This document shows, piece after piece, positions 13,999 through 26,253 of a stretch of DNA of 64,000 bases. A program made the position numbers and the translations under genes. Position 1 is the stretch's first letter, and each line of letters opens with the position of its first letter. A model generated the notes under the pieces. The model did no database searches. It was given only the letters and a program-made list of their open reading frames with translations, and was not told the origin of the DNA. Source of the stretch: Octopus sinensis (taxonomy: Eukaryota); contig NC_043008.1 of the NCBI RefSeq assembly GCF_006345805.1, positions 74,524,001 through 74,588,000 on the forward strand, read 5' to 3'.

Positions 13999-14289
13999 AT
14001 ATATATATCTATATATATATATATATATATATCTTTGAATTTGTGTCTATGTTTGTACCCCCACCACGGCTTGACAACCGGTGCTTGTTTTTACATCCCC
14101 GTAACCTAGCGGTAGTATAAGTTCTAGGCTTAGAAAGAATAAGGGCGATTTGTTTTTATATCCCCGTAAACTAGCGGTAGTATAAGTACTAGGCTTTGAA
14201 AGAATAAGGGCGATTTGTTCGTCTAAAATCATCCAGTATGGCCACAGTCAAATGACTGAACTAAGTCAAAGAATAAAAGAATATATATA

Positions 14290-15681
14290 TAGGGTGCGTA
14301 AGATATTTGAGGACATACCTCTTTTGGGTCACTGCTGCATTTTTTGCTAACTCTGTATAATCTTTGTTCCATAAAATAATAATTGCAAACCTTCAGCTTA
14401 CTCAAGAAATGAAGAGGCATGATGTTATTGTGGTTATAAAGGCTGTGCATAGCGATTTAGAAATATCTTGATTTTTAAAAGTTGTCAGATATTTCGTCAA
14501 CAAAGTTTGTAAGGATTTAGAGACTGAAGATGGAAACGTATCACCAGTATCAAAGTATAAAAAGCATTCTGAAACCATCAGAACATCTGAATTTATCCAG
14601 CAAGTTCAAAAGACCATTGATTACAATCCCAGAAACCCCATGTAGTCAACTGGAAAAATCTCCATGAGTCAGAAGGAACAGTCAGAAATGTTGTCCACGA
14701 AGTCTTATATAATGAGGAAGGTAAATTTTTTCAGAAAAATCAAAAGAAAATCACTACATCACTACTAAAAGATTCTTAAAAAATCACTACTAAAAAATCA
14801 CTACTAAAAGATTCTTAAACAAACTGAAATATCCAGTAGAAGATTTGACTTTGTTTTTCTCAAACGAGAAAACCTCCAGCTAAGATAAAAAAAAAAGTTA
14901 ACAGAAGAAATGACAGATGATTATGCGCAGACCCTTCTCAAGTTCCAAGTGCTAGGCATATAAAATTTTCTGCAACTGTCATGGTTTTAGGGGTTGTCAG
15001 CAATCTGTGACATGTGATGCCTCCTTACCCTTTTCCACAAGGCCTTAGAGTTAAATCTGCCACATGCATTGAGTTCCTGGAAATAATTGTTAAACCTTGG
15101 ATAGACAGTGTATGCAATGGAAGGTCATATGCGTCTCAGTAAGACTCTGCACTATCACACATGGCTCTAGTAACACCTACAATGCCACCTACAATGAGGT
15201 CCTGGAAACAATTGTTAAGACCTGGATAGACAGTGTATACAATAGAAGGCCAATGGTGTTTCAGTAAGACTCTGGACTCTCACACATGGCTCTAGTAACA
15301 CAAGAATGGATGGCTGAAAATTTTCATGATCATATAACCCCTGATATTTGGCTTCCTAATTCCCCAGACCTCAATACATTGGACTATTAGATTTTGATCG
15401 TTGTTGAGAGAGAGGTCAATGAAGACGCCGATAACACCAAAAATTCTTTGAAAGCAACCATAGTCAGAGTAATGACCAAAATGAACCAGGCTCACTTGAT
15501 TCGAACATATAGATGATTTAGGTCTCATATAGAAGTAGCTGTTGAAACTGAAGGTGGCTTTAGTGAATAACATAGAAAAGAAGGTTTATTATTATCCTCA
15601 TAGTATTTTTTGATAAAGTTATCTGTTATATATCTGCTTTTTTAATAAACAAATCTATCCTCAAATATCTTACGCACCCTG
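14290..15681 (+). mobile_element. Tc1/mariner DNA transposon, DD37D (maT) family, both TIRs present, transposase disrupted
   Basis: TIR agggtgcgtaagatatttgagga at 14291 and its inverse at 15658-15680; TA flanks. Motifs 'FFSNEK' (~14853-14870), 'FQ*DSGLSH' and 'IWLPNSPDLNTLDY', with 37 residues between the last two Asp. Confidence 0.93.
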
Positions 15682-15813
15682 TATATATTATATATATATA
15701 GGGAGAGAGATACAAACACTATATGTATACATTTATATCTATATATATATACTCATATATATGTGTGTGTTTTTGTGTGCGTGTGTGTATGTATATATAT
15801 ATGTATATATACG

Positions 15814-15911
<98 letters not shown>

Positions 15912-15941
15912 AATAAGTATCGAAGATGTACAGGTATCAAT

Positions 15942-16024
15942 TCATAACGGCCGCTTCAAGCGATATCTTTAATTGATCAATGAAAATATTACATCAATTT
16001 GAAAAAACCGTTTTCGTCAGATGA
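15942..16024 (-). ncRNA. Hammerhead ribozyme-like motif with long stem II insert
   Basis: Minus strand: tcat-CTGACGA-aaacggt...atcgctt-GAAG-cggccg-TT-atga. Stem I 4 bp, stem II 6/7 bp, palindromic stem III, A15.1 changed to G. Confidence 0.65.
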
Positions 16025-16215
16025 CCGCATAGATTTCATACATAAGGGTATAACCATTTTTTAAAAACATTTACATCAATAATGGAGCTCAAAATATTTA
16101 CACTGTTCGTTTTTTTTGTGTTTTTTTTGTCATGTATGTGTCTTCTCTTGAAGCTGTATTACAGCAACTATTAGACTGTGATTTAAGAATTTGTATGATG
16201 CACAAATTGTCAATT

Positions 16216-16255
16216 AACCTACGTGAGTTTCGAAATATCCTCGTCGTCAGATGTT
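16216..16255 (-). ncRNA. Degenerate hammerhead-like motif
   Basis: Minus strand: aacat-CTGACGA-c-gagg ata tttc-GAAA-ctcacg-TA-ggtt. Stems rely on G-U pairs and a bulge. Confidence 0.4.
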
Positions 16256-16327
16256 ATATGCTCTACGCCTTCAATATCGTACTACAGTTGATATTGTCGA
16301 TGATACATAAAGAATTCACTGTAACAG

Positions 16328-16550
16328 TGTTATAAGAATACAAAATAGAAACAGCAGTGGTATCAAACACGCAACGAACCAACAATCTATTATGAAGCAA
16401 AAGTCAATATTTCCAACATACTAACTCGCAGTGTAAACTGTACTTACACTTCGAAGACCAGACTACCAACTGCCGACTACGTCCGACTGCTACTATTTAT
16501 AAGTAGTGGTGCCGTCTATTCTCGTCAGATGTCGCCGTATTTTCGCGACA
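16328..16550 (-). mobile_element. Possible solo LTR
   Basis: TG...CA ends with CpG-decayed inverted termini (tgttataagaatac versus the inverse of gtattttcgcgaca); TATAAATA on the minus strand near 16495; no TSD found. Confidence 0.35.
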
Positions 16551-16602
16551 ATATATATATATATATATATTTTTTCTTATATATATATATATATATATAT
16601 AT

Positions 16603-16925
16603 GAAAGCGCGTGGCTTAGTGGTTAGGGCATTCGGCTCACGATTGTAAGGTCGTGAGTTCGATTTCCGGTGACGCGTTGTGTCCTTGAGCAAGTCACTTT
16701 ATTTCACGTTGCTCCAGTCAACTCAGCTGGCAAAATGAGTTGTACCTGTATTTCAAAGGGCCGGCCTTGTCATACTCTGAGTTTCGATGAATTTCCCTGA
16801 GGACTACGTTAGTGGTACGCGTGTCTGTGGATTGTTCAGTCATTTGCACGTTAATTTCACGAGCAGGCTGTTCTGTTGATCGTATCAGCTCGGACCCTCG
16901 TCGTCGTAACAGACGGAGTGCTCCA
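16603..16925 (+). mobile_element. tRNA-derived SINE
   Basis: A box tggcttagtggt and B box gttcgatttcc; 3' region (gggccggccttgtca...gttaatttcacgagcaggctgtt...gacggagtgct) shared with 47660-48047. Confidence 0.9.
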
Positions 16926-16937
16926 TAATATATATAT

Positions 16938-17023
<86 letters not shown>

Positions 17024-17293
17024 TTATATTTAAAAAAAGAGATGTGGAACACGAGTTGTGATATATAAAAAAAGGAAATGAAGAAAATGCTGACAAAATA
17101 ATTAAAGTAAGGGAGAGTGTATTTAATTAGGTGAAAGTTCTTTTTACCGGTTGCGCATTTGTTATGCTTATCAAAATATATTTTTTTAAGAGAGATAGAG
17201 TTCCTTTCTGATAGATTTTTTCTCTTATCTGAGATTTTTTTCTCTTATATATCAATATATATACATACATGCACATTTATATATATATATATG

Positions 17294-17328
<35 letters not shown>

Positions 17329-17385
17329 AATGTATGTATGTAGATACGTGTGTGTGTAGACACATATAAGCATGTATGTGTGTGT

Positions 17386-17426
<41 letters not shown>

Positions 17427-17680
17427 CGTGTGTATGTTCCTGTTTGTTTATCTTTCCTCCATGTTTGTCTTCGTTCGGCTTCCTTGTATGTCTCCACTGT
17501 CATTTTTAGAATTTATGGAAGCAACTATCTTTCATTAGTCGTTCATCGAGACGGAAGATTATAGATTCTTTTCGTATCGAAGTACGATAAACAAAAGAAA
17601 CATTCTTTTTTATATCTCGTAACCACGGTTGCTGGGGCGTGCGAATAAGAATATAACAGTTAAGGAATGGAGTTGATAAG

Positions 17681-17772
17681 ATCCGGGCCACATATGTTTC
17701 ATAGCGAGCAGAACCTCGGAAGTGGTAAATATCCAGGCAAGGTGTATACCGCAGGCTATTCTTCAGGCCGAT
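17681..17772 (-). ncRNA. Hammerhead ribozyme-like motif with ~49-nt loop II (inverted sister copy 17886-17975, plus strand)
   Basis: Minus strand: atcggc-CTGAAGA-atagc...gctat-GAAA-catatg-TG-gcc. Perfect 5-bp stem II and palindromic stem III ACATATGT; the sister copy has GUA at the cleavage triplet. Confidence 0.75.
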
Positions 17773-17979
17773 GGTATCTTGGTTAAATCAAAGTTTACAT
17801 TGTCGCAAGGAGGTACATGTTAACACACTGAAGGTTCAACCAATGTACCTCCTTGCGACAATGTAAACTTTCATTTAATCAAGATATCATTGGCCTGAAG
17901 AGAAGCCTGCAGTATGCACCTCACTTGGATATTTACCAATTCCGAGATTCCGCTCACTATGAAACATATGTAACCTGGA
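17683..17979. mobile_element. Fold-back element with ~135-bp imperfect arms, each carrying an HHR motif
   Basis: 17683-17818 is the inverse of ~17843-17979 (inner atgtacctccttgcgacaatgtaaacttt perfect); 24-nt loop. Confidence 0.85.
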
Positions 17980-18023
17980 ATGATGAAGACAGGTTAGTTT
18001 AACACTCAGGAAGAATGAAAAAG

Positions 18024-18060
18024 TTTTTGATGTTTCGAACCTACACTCCTCAACAGAAAG
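18024..18060 (-). ncRNA. Decayed minimal hammerhead motif with CUGUUGA core
   Basis: Minus strand: ttt-CTGTTGA-g-gagt gtag gttc-GAAA-ca-TC-aaa. Confidence 0.5.
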
Positions 18061-18509
18061 GATTGAGAGGGAAAATTTGAGAGAGCGCGAAAAAACAAAC
18101 GGATAGACTAAAAATGTGTAGGGATTATATGTTTATATCCCTAGGGCTGCTTGCATTCATATTTGAAATTTTCAGTAGTACGAAACCTGGGAACGTACCA
18201 GCAGAACATACCACGCCATTGGAACATACACATTCGAACTAGACCGTTGGAACATACCATACCATTTTGCATATAATCATATAAGGTGATTTAGTTTGCG
18301 TCTGGTCTCGTTTCGGGTACGTAGTATTGAAAAGTCACAGAGATTACGAAATATTAATGTGTATCGCTCCTGTAACGGGACCTAATGCGAGTTATCTCGC
18401 TTGTCATCGACTTCCATGTGTTTTAACACCTAGCGAATTGACGAGAATATATTCTCTTACGCTAACAATCGCAGCCTGCCCACGAACTACCTTGTGCGTG
18501 TTCGAGAAA

Positions 18510-18709
<200 letters not shown>

Positions 18710-21319
18710 GTACGCGTATTTATTAATGAATATTTCACAAGCGAAATACAATTATGATCAATGCTTATCTCTTCTGATATTTCGTTCTCATAAATCTCAA
18801 AGTCTTTTGCGCTTAGAATTCGTTTTGACAAATATTTTTAGCTAAAATCCCGAGCTCTGAGCCTACATATCAACTCCACTGACCGTGTTAGGTCTTGTGA
18901 TTTTAAAGGACCATAGATTGCCATAAGAGTTTTGCATGAAGGTAAATTACTCGCTATTCATTTCTGGTGTTGGTTTTATTGATCTTTTGAGTGTAATTCC
19001 TTTAAACATCTCACATTGACTGCATAAGGTGACTAACTTACCTATATAATCATTATTATCAGAACATGCTCCATATACATCAGACAAAGGTGTGTGTTTA
19101 AGAGCTGGAAGGCTAAATTGTCAACCTTGTAAACATACATATACGTTTCATCCCTTCTGCTCATGATATTAGCGGGCGTGGTTACACTTTACTTATGGAA
19201 GATAAATGTTATCATTTTTCCTGCCATTTTATTATATGGTTTTATCTACCAAGCTCTATTCTATAATATTAGTGTTAATTTATTTATCCTTAATTCTCAT
19301 TAGAAATTGAAGAAAAAATTATATAGAGAATGTTCAACTAATGTCTCTTGACGGGTTTTCTGAAGTCAAAAGTGGAGCAATAGCTCTGGCAAATTTCTTC
19401 TAAAATATTCCCATCATGAGATTTATCGTCAAGTCTTAAGATCCAGTTAAAATGATAAGACTTAAAGATTATTTCTTCCTAGTATCTAAATAATAACATC
19501 AGCATCAGATCTTGTACAGTCTGCCCTGAACGCAGAACAAAGAACTGGGATTCCTTGATCCTGCATTTTTAGCATGATCAGAAGACATTTTACGTCAAAA
19601 TTCTGAACACAGCCATAAATTTACAAACAATACTAAAAGATACATACAAACCAGTCCTCTACGTTTACTAGGGATTCATGTCAAGCCATAGCTAACAGTG
19701 TCAGTAACAGCTACCAAAATTTGTAAGAGTATATTTACATTATCAATTCAGAAGCAAAGCTATAGTTTCCTGCTTAAAATAGACGATAAAGTATAAGTTT
19801 AAGTTTATGTAAATTATGAATTGCATTAAAAGATCATAAGGATAATTAAATCTGGCAAAAGGGTATTACATACTGTAGTCCATCGTTATAATAACGTGTT
19901 GAAAGACAGTATCTTCAAAGACATAGCATGTTGCGAACAGAATAACGCTGATATCCATAAAGGTAGAAATAAAGAAAATAAATATATAGGGTAAACTCAA
20001 TCCTATAGTTTAACTGTTTTAATTTTTCCAGTGTTTTTCTACGTCCAATTGATCTTAGGTGGCTTGACATCGTCAAAGAAAATGTTGCGTGTAATTATAG
20101 TCGAATTATAAAGTTCATTATTTCGAGAACTACAATAAAGGGGAGAAATCTCTCTACTATAAGCACTCAATATTCTCCTCTTTATCAAATTTCAGCAACC
20201 TTAATAACCGCCCTCTTGCTGATATGTGTATTACTATTAAAGTATTAGTTTATCAAACTAATGTTTTTCTTCTATATATAATAAAAATTTACATAAAGTG
20301 TATTGGAAATCCTTTTAAATTATTCCCTCTACGGCCAGCATTTGAAAGAGCGTCTTAGCAGTTCCCTATAGAGACACGGTTTGAAACTAAAGAATTATAA
20401 TATTAACAATTGTAAAATGTAACGGTCTATTGTAGGACACGTGTTTTCCTTCATCAATATTGCCGGCGGGGAATATTGCCTCTTGGTGAATTTACCAGTC
20501 TATTCCAGTCGTAAAGGAAACTGAAAAAATTATTGAATTGGTGCATTCCTGTAGTCACTCTTCTTTTCCCTGTCAAGTGAAGAATTCTCAAATACCAACA
20601 GATATCAAATTTTATTTTCCACATAAAAACCGCATATGGCCCTCAGATAATCTCAGTTTCACAAAGTTTCAAATATTAAGACGTTATGGAAGAGAGTCGC
20701 TTCCCCTGCTCACGTTTCTGTTTTAAGTTGATACTGAATACCTGAGAATGCCACATTGTCTGATAGCAATAGTGAAGAAATTAAAGTGTAACGCATATCT
20801 TTACGGTTATTTGGCATCCGGTAATTGCTCAATGAATTGGTAGCTATTCGTATCGCAATGTTTCCGAAAATTTTTGCATATGTACGGAATTCGAAAGTCC
20901 TTGAACTATCGGTAGATAATTGTTGCCTCAATGCAAAATGCAAATAACCTTTTGACACCTAACATTTTTCTGCTAGGTTTCTAGCAATCCTTCTCTCGCT
21001 GCAAGTCTGCTATGTGTGCTGATTTTCTTGCAATCAATGACTATTAAACAGATAGTATTAGATTAGACGCTACCAGTAGCGCTTACAATCAAACTGATAT
21101 GTAATACATGAACATAGATAGATATACATATATACATAATACAATTATGCATTTACGTGTGTGTGTGTGTGTGAATAAGTGTCTGATAACGATATATAAG
21201 ATATATATATATATATATATATATATCACTCTCTTTAAAGTAAGTACACACTAGTTACTCCAATGAAACCTGGAGTTTCTAAATCAGTGGGCTTTGAATT
21301 GTTACCAGGCCGTACAAAA

Positions 21320-21488
21320 TACTTAGTGTCACTGCGTTCGGCGCTAAGTTTTGAGTTCAAATACCGCTGAGATCAACTTTGCATTTCGCCACTCCAGTAT
21401 CGATAAAAAACATACCAGTTGAGTATTAGGGCTTGTAATCGACTATCTCCTCCCCCAAATTCCGGGCCTTGTGCCTATAGTAGAAAGA

Positions 21489-21490
<2 letters not shown>
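21320..21490 (+). mobile_element. SINE of the (ATT)n-tailed family
   Basis: gagttcaaat.ccgc.gag.tcaactttgcattt...gcctatagtagaaagaattattatt; same family as 29580-30280 and 33095-35117. Confidence 0.8.
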
Positions 21491-21542
<52 letters not shown>

Positions 21543-21555
21543 GTTATTGTTATTG

Positions 21556-21626
<71 letters not shown>

Positions 21627-21627
<1 letters not shown>

Positions 21628-22550
21628 TATGTTTGACTTTTGCTTTACATTTGTACAAGTTGGTTCCAAGTCTCACCCAGAGACCTCAAGAGACAACAAG
21701 TTGCAAGTTCATGTTGGTGTTATGCCTAGGGTGCCATATATTTGGTTTTGTACTTAGTGTTGTACTAGTGAATGCCTAAAAAACCATACGAAAATTATGT
21801 TTCTTTTAAAACTTGAGATTACAAAGAAAGTATTTTGCGTAGGATATGAGCAGTTCCCATGAGCACTATCTTTTGAATTTCTGCCATTTTGGGGTTTCCT
21901 GGCATCTGAGTTAGGTAGCAATCAGTCTCTTGTGCTATCATTCCCAACAGGTATTGTTTTAGTCTTCAGGTTCCACATTTTGCTGATTTCTATTTCAAGA
22001 TCTTTATATTTGCTCAGTTTCTGGTAGGTCTTGACTGATACGTTTATATCGATCGGGACAGTCATATCAATGAGGAGACATTTTTTGTCTGAAATCTTTT
22101 ACTATGATGTCCGACCTATTTGCGTATATCTTTCTGTCAGTTTGAATGATGAAGTTCCAGAGGAGTGAGATGTGGTCATTTTCAAGCACTGGAGGTGGTT
22201 TGTGTTCCCACCAGTTTTTATCATGGGGCAAGTCCAGGCTTCTGAAAATTACCCAGTGAATATATTGTGCAGCTCTATCATGCCTGTTGAGATACTCTGT
22301 AGGCGCAAGAAGACTGCACTTGGAGACAACATGATCAATGGTTTTATTTTGTTGTTGGCATACATGACATGTTGGGCTACTGCCATTCTTTAATATGTTG
22401 GCCTGGTAGTTCCTTGTTAGTAGGCATTGATCATGAGCTGCTATGATAAACCCTTCTGTTTCAGATTTTAAACCAGAGGCCATTAGCCATTGATGGGTCA
22501 GTGCTTTGTCAACATCGGCATTATTCGCTCTCTTTGGGTATTTGTCATAG

Positions 22551-22551
<1 letters not shown>
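21627..22551 (-). mobile_element. R4/Dong-type non-LTR retrotransposon, 5'-truncated (family A)
   Basis: ORF 22067-22483: 'LKSETEGFIIAA.DQ.L.T', CCHC knuckle 'C.VC....KTIDHVVSKC', 'RHD' and RLE start 'NRSDIIV'; (TTA)n on both sides; close match to 55500-56405. Confidence 0.92.
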
Positions 22552-22580
<29 letters not shown>

Positions 22581-22583
<3 letters not shown>

Positions 22584-23170
22584 TAGTTTTATTTTTATAG
22601 CGTGCTTTCACTTCACTACCGAGCGCAGCTCTGTGTGCCTTGGGTATGTGCTGTGATTTGTTGTGATGCTCTGATGGTTATTGTATGGAAAGTGTTCTGC
22701 GTAGGATGTGTGCAGTGCCTAGTAGTGCAATTTTCTGTATGTTATATGTGTTTGTAAGTCCTGGTGTTTTTGTTATGTATTTGTCTGAATATTTCTTTAT
22801 CATGCCTAATGCACCTACTATGATAGGAATTGTTTCTGTTTTCAGATTCCACATTCTAGTTACCTCTATTTCCAGGTCTTTGTATTTTGAAAGTTTCTCC
22901 ATTTCTTTTAGAGAAACGTTGTCATCTGCCGGTATTGATACATCAATTAGAAAGCATTTTTTTCCTTCATGATCTCTGACAACTATATCTGGTCTGTTGG
23001 CCTTAATTTCTCTATCTGTGTGTATCGGCATATCCCAGAGTTTGGTTGCTTTCTCGTTTTCTGTGACCTTTTCTGGTGTGTGCCTATACCATCTTTTTTC
23101 TGTTGTTATTCCATAATGTTGGCATAGCTTCCAATGTATGTAGGTTCCAACTCTGTCATGTCTGTGAATA
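22581..23170 (-). mobile_element. R4/Dong-type 3' fragment (family B)
   Basis: ORF 22678-23031: 'NRPDIVV...[21 protein letters not shown]...IPIIVGALG' (PD-D restriction-like endonuclease) plus 3' UTR; (TTA)n flanks. Confidence 0.93.
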
Positions 23171-23246
<76 letters not shown>

Positions 23247-23402
23247 GTTATTATTATTATTATTATTATTGTTATTATTATTATTATTGTTAATATTAGT
23301 ATTATCATCATCATATTTTTAAAAAATGATTGACGTGACTCTTCACAATGGTAAACAGTCAAGACGAAGAGCGTGATTTGATTGTAATAGATATTTTATT
23401 AG

Positions 23403-23445
23403 TTGAACGATATTTCAACAGTAAGTCTGTCTTTGTCAAGTTCAA
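23403..23445 (-). ncRNA. Minimal hammerhead ribozyme, U3-A8 core variant
   Basis: Minus strand: ttgaac-TTGACAA-a-gacag actta ctgtt-GAAA-ta-TC-gttcaa. 6-bp perfect stem I, 5-bp stem II, palindromic AUAU stem III. Confidence 0.75.
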
Positions 23446-24815
23446 AAACAAGAAGTGATAAAAATTCAAACATAGAAATTTAAACGTAAAGCATGAACGA
23501 GAGCAACCAGCGTCCACACGTTGATGGAATGACCTCATCAGTTTTTAAGTCAATCTTATAACAGACGAAAAGAAAAAGACAGAAAAAAGCAGACGACAGA
23601 AAAAAAGGAAAGAAAAAGAGAGAAAGAAGAATATTTAATCAAACAGTTTTGTATAAATTTGATGATATTCTCCTGTCATCTTATTCATTCCTCCAGGGCG
23701 TGATGTTAATAACGCGTTAACATATTTCTCCTCATGCTTTCTGAGAAGAGCAAGTGAAGCAGATTTAGAATATTTAGAATATTTTATGTCAAACTGCGTT
23801 TGACATAATGGTATACAAAAGCATTACGTCAAACGAGGTTACAGTGAATCACGATTAAAGAAAATAGCAAATGAAATAGCTAAGATTAGCAAAGATAGTA
23901 AAACCTTCACGCATAATTTTAGAAAACAGAATACAATAGATGACGGAATTCCTTTAGTGATTAGCTGGCACCGACATTTCGATGGCATTTCAAAAGTGTT
24001 GCATGAAAGTTGCCAGCATGTAGCGCAAAAATTATCTTCGTTTCAAACAGATATTTCCTCAGCCGCCTATTGTAGCCTTTAGACGGAATAAGAATATAAG
24101 AGAATTATTGACCTCTATATCTGACTCCAAGAAAACAAACATTGGAGTATCTACACTCTGTACCTTAAAGAACTGCTGCAAGAGAGGTAAGCCCTGTTCA
24201 TCATGCAACAATATGAGTGAAGTGAATTCCATCAGAAATCATAACAGGAAAGTTATGATTTATACAGAAGGTGGAACATGTAAAGATTCCCATTTGCTGT
24301 ACACTGTAGAATGCACGAAGCACAACTTAATTTATGTTGGTTGCACAACAGAACAATTAAACAAAAGGTTTAATGGGCACAGAATTAACGTCAGGCACAA
24401 TAACAGTAGTTCGACAGAACTTGCTGAACATTTCGTTTCAAGCGGTTGCAATTTTGAAGAAAACTTGAAAGTGCATATCCTCAGAAAATATTCTAAATCT
24501 GCTTCACTTTCACTTCTCAGAATGTATGAGGAGAAATATGTTTGCGGGTTATTAACATCACTCCCTGGAAGAAAGAATAAGTTGACAGGAGAATATCATC
24601 AAATTTATACAAAACCGTTTGATTAAATATTCTTCTTTCTCTCTTTTTCTTTCCTTTTTTTCTGTCGTCTGCTTTTTTCTGTCTTTTTCTTTTCGTCTGT
24701 TATAAGATTGACTTAAAAACTGATGAGGTCATTCCATCAACGTGTGGACGCTGGTTGCTCTCGTTCATATTTTACGTTTAAATTTCTATGTTTGAATTTT
24801 TATCACTTCTTGTTT

Positions 24816-24858
24816 TTGAACTTGACAAAGACAGACTTACAGTTGAAATATCGTTCAA
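24816..24858 (+). ncRNA. Minimal hammerhead ribozyme, U3-A8 variant (3' pLTR copy)
   Basis: Same motif as 23403-23445 with one mismatch in stem II (cagtt instead of ctgtt). Confidence 0.7.
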
Positions 24859-24974
24859 CTAATAAAATATCTATTACAATCGAATCGCGCTCTTCGTCTT
24901 GATAATTATTGTTGTTGTTATTGTTGTTGTTGCTGCTGTTGCTGCTGCTGTTGTTGCTTTTGTTGTTGTTGCTT

Positions 24975-25695
24975 TTGCACAGTTTCTAACGCTGCAGATG
25001 TACTACAGTGTCAGCTGTTCACTACCAGTGAACTTCCAAGCAGTGCTGTTTTCTGCATGTGCTCCACCCTTATTGAAGCCCCTATTTGTTCCATATACTT
25101 CTCGATATTTTTGCTCACTGTTCCCAGTGCTCCGACGATTATTGGTACATCTACCACCTTTTTCAGCGACCACAACTGCTTAACGTCCCAAGCTAACCTG
25201 TCATATCTCTTGAATTTTCTTTCTTCTTTATCGCATACCGTGTTGTCAGCTGGGCATGCTATGTCTATGGTCCAGCATAGTTTGTTTCCTTTCTTAATTA
25301 AGACTATTTCCGGCTTCCTATTCTCAATCTCATAGTCGCACTGAATCATAAAATCCCATAGGATCTTTGCCTTTCTATTTTCGACAATGCCTTCAAGTTT
25401 GTGGTCACACCAATTTTTGGCTCTGTTAAGTCCATACTTGTTGCAAAGTGTCCAAAGGACAAGCCTGGCTGTATTGTCGTGGCATATCTTATATTCCTTC
25501 AGGGCTAGTGGCGTACATTGGCTGGTAATATGCCATACGGTTCCACCGTTTTGTCCACAGATTTTGCACTTATCACTTTCTGATGTGTTGCCTATTCTGT
25601 ATTTTATGTAGTTTGTTCTTAGAGCTTGTTCTTGGGCTGCACAAATTAGAGCCTCCGTTTCCGGTTTTAAATCACTTTTAGTCATCCACAGCCAT
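24975..25695 (-). mobile_element. R4/Dong-type 3' fragment (family C)
   Basis: ORF 25011-25685: 'LKPETEALICAAQEQALRTN', CCHC knuckle, RLE 'RKPEIV...IDIACPAD'; matches 35620-35785. Confidence 0.92.
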
Positions 25696-25744
25696 TATCA
25701 TTATTATTATTATTGTTGTTGTTGTTGTTGTTGTTGTTCTTCTT

Positions 25745-26160
25745 TACTTTTAATCTGCATGTTTGTTACAATCACTCGCCGAGTCACACCCGGAAGGATA
25801 AGAGATGTTACAGTATGTTTGAAAGCTTGGGGAGGGTAAATGGCAGGTGCAGTAGCGAAATATCTTCATGTAATACACCACAGACATTTATACTGATAAG
25901 GTTCTTTAAGGATGTGGGCAGTACTTGTCGGCATAATCTTTTGGATTTCTCTGAGACATGGTTCTCTTGGAATATTATATAGTTGTTTTTGACACCCCTT
26001 TCTTATCTCTAGGGCACCCACAATAACAGGAACAATTCTCGCTTTAAGATACCACATCTTTTGTATTTCAATTTCCAGGTTCTTATATTTACTTAATTTG
26101 TCAAATTCTTTTACAGACATATTTTTATCAGTGGGAACATTTACATCTATTAGTCTACAA
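25745..26160 (-). mobile_element. R4/Dong-type 3' fragment (family D)
   Basis: 'LIDVNVPTDKNMSVKEFDKLSKYKNLEIEI..MW.LK..IVPVIVGAL'. Confidence 0.88.
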
Positions 26161-26170
26161 ATTATTATTA

Positions 26171-26253
<83 letters not shown>

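Larger units (their letters stand above)
23359..24902 (+). mobile_element. 5'-truncated Penelope-like element with inverted pseudo-LTRs
   Basis: 23359-23775 is the inverse of 24486-24902. ORF 24108-24626 has a Cys-rich linker and GIY-YIG variant 'LLYTVEC..H.LIYVGCT...LNKRFNGH'; RT-thumb remnant 'KRGYS' near 23835. Confidence 0.93.

Noticed and set aside
16603-16680. tRNA gene (also 47975-48045)
   Set aside because: No proper acceptor stem or terminator; continues into a repeated SINE body.
18800-21100. Host gene within the microsatellite-poor stretch
   Set aside because: Only short ORFs without recognisable domains; no consistent splice structure seen.
24719-24760. Additional CTGATGA motifs (also ~47546, ~49755, ~63069)
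   Set aside because: No stem II plus GAAA plus NUH in the correct arrangement.
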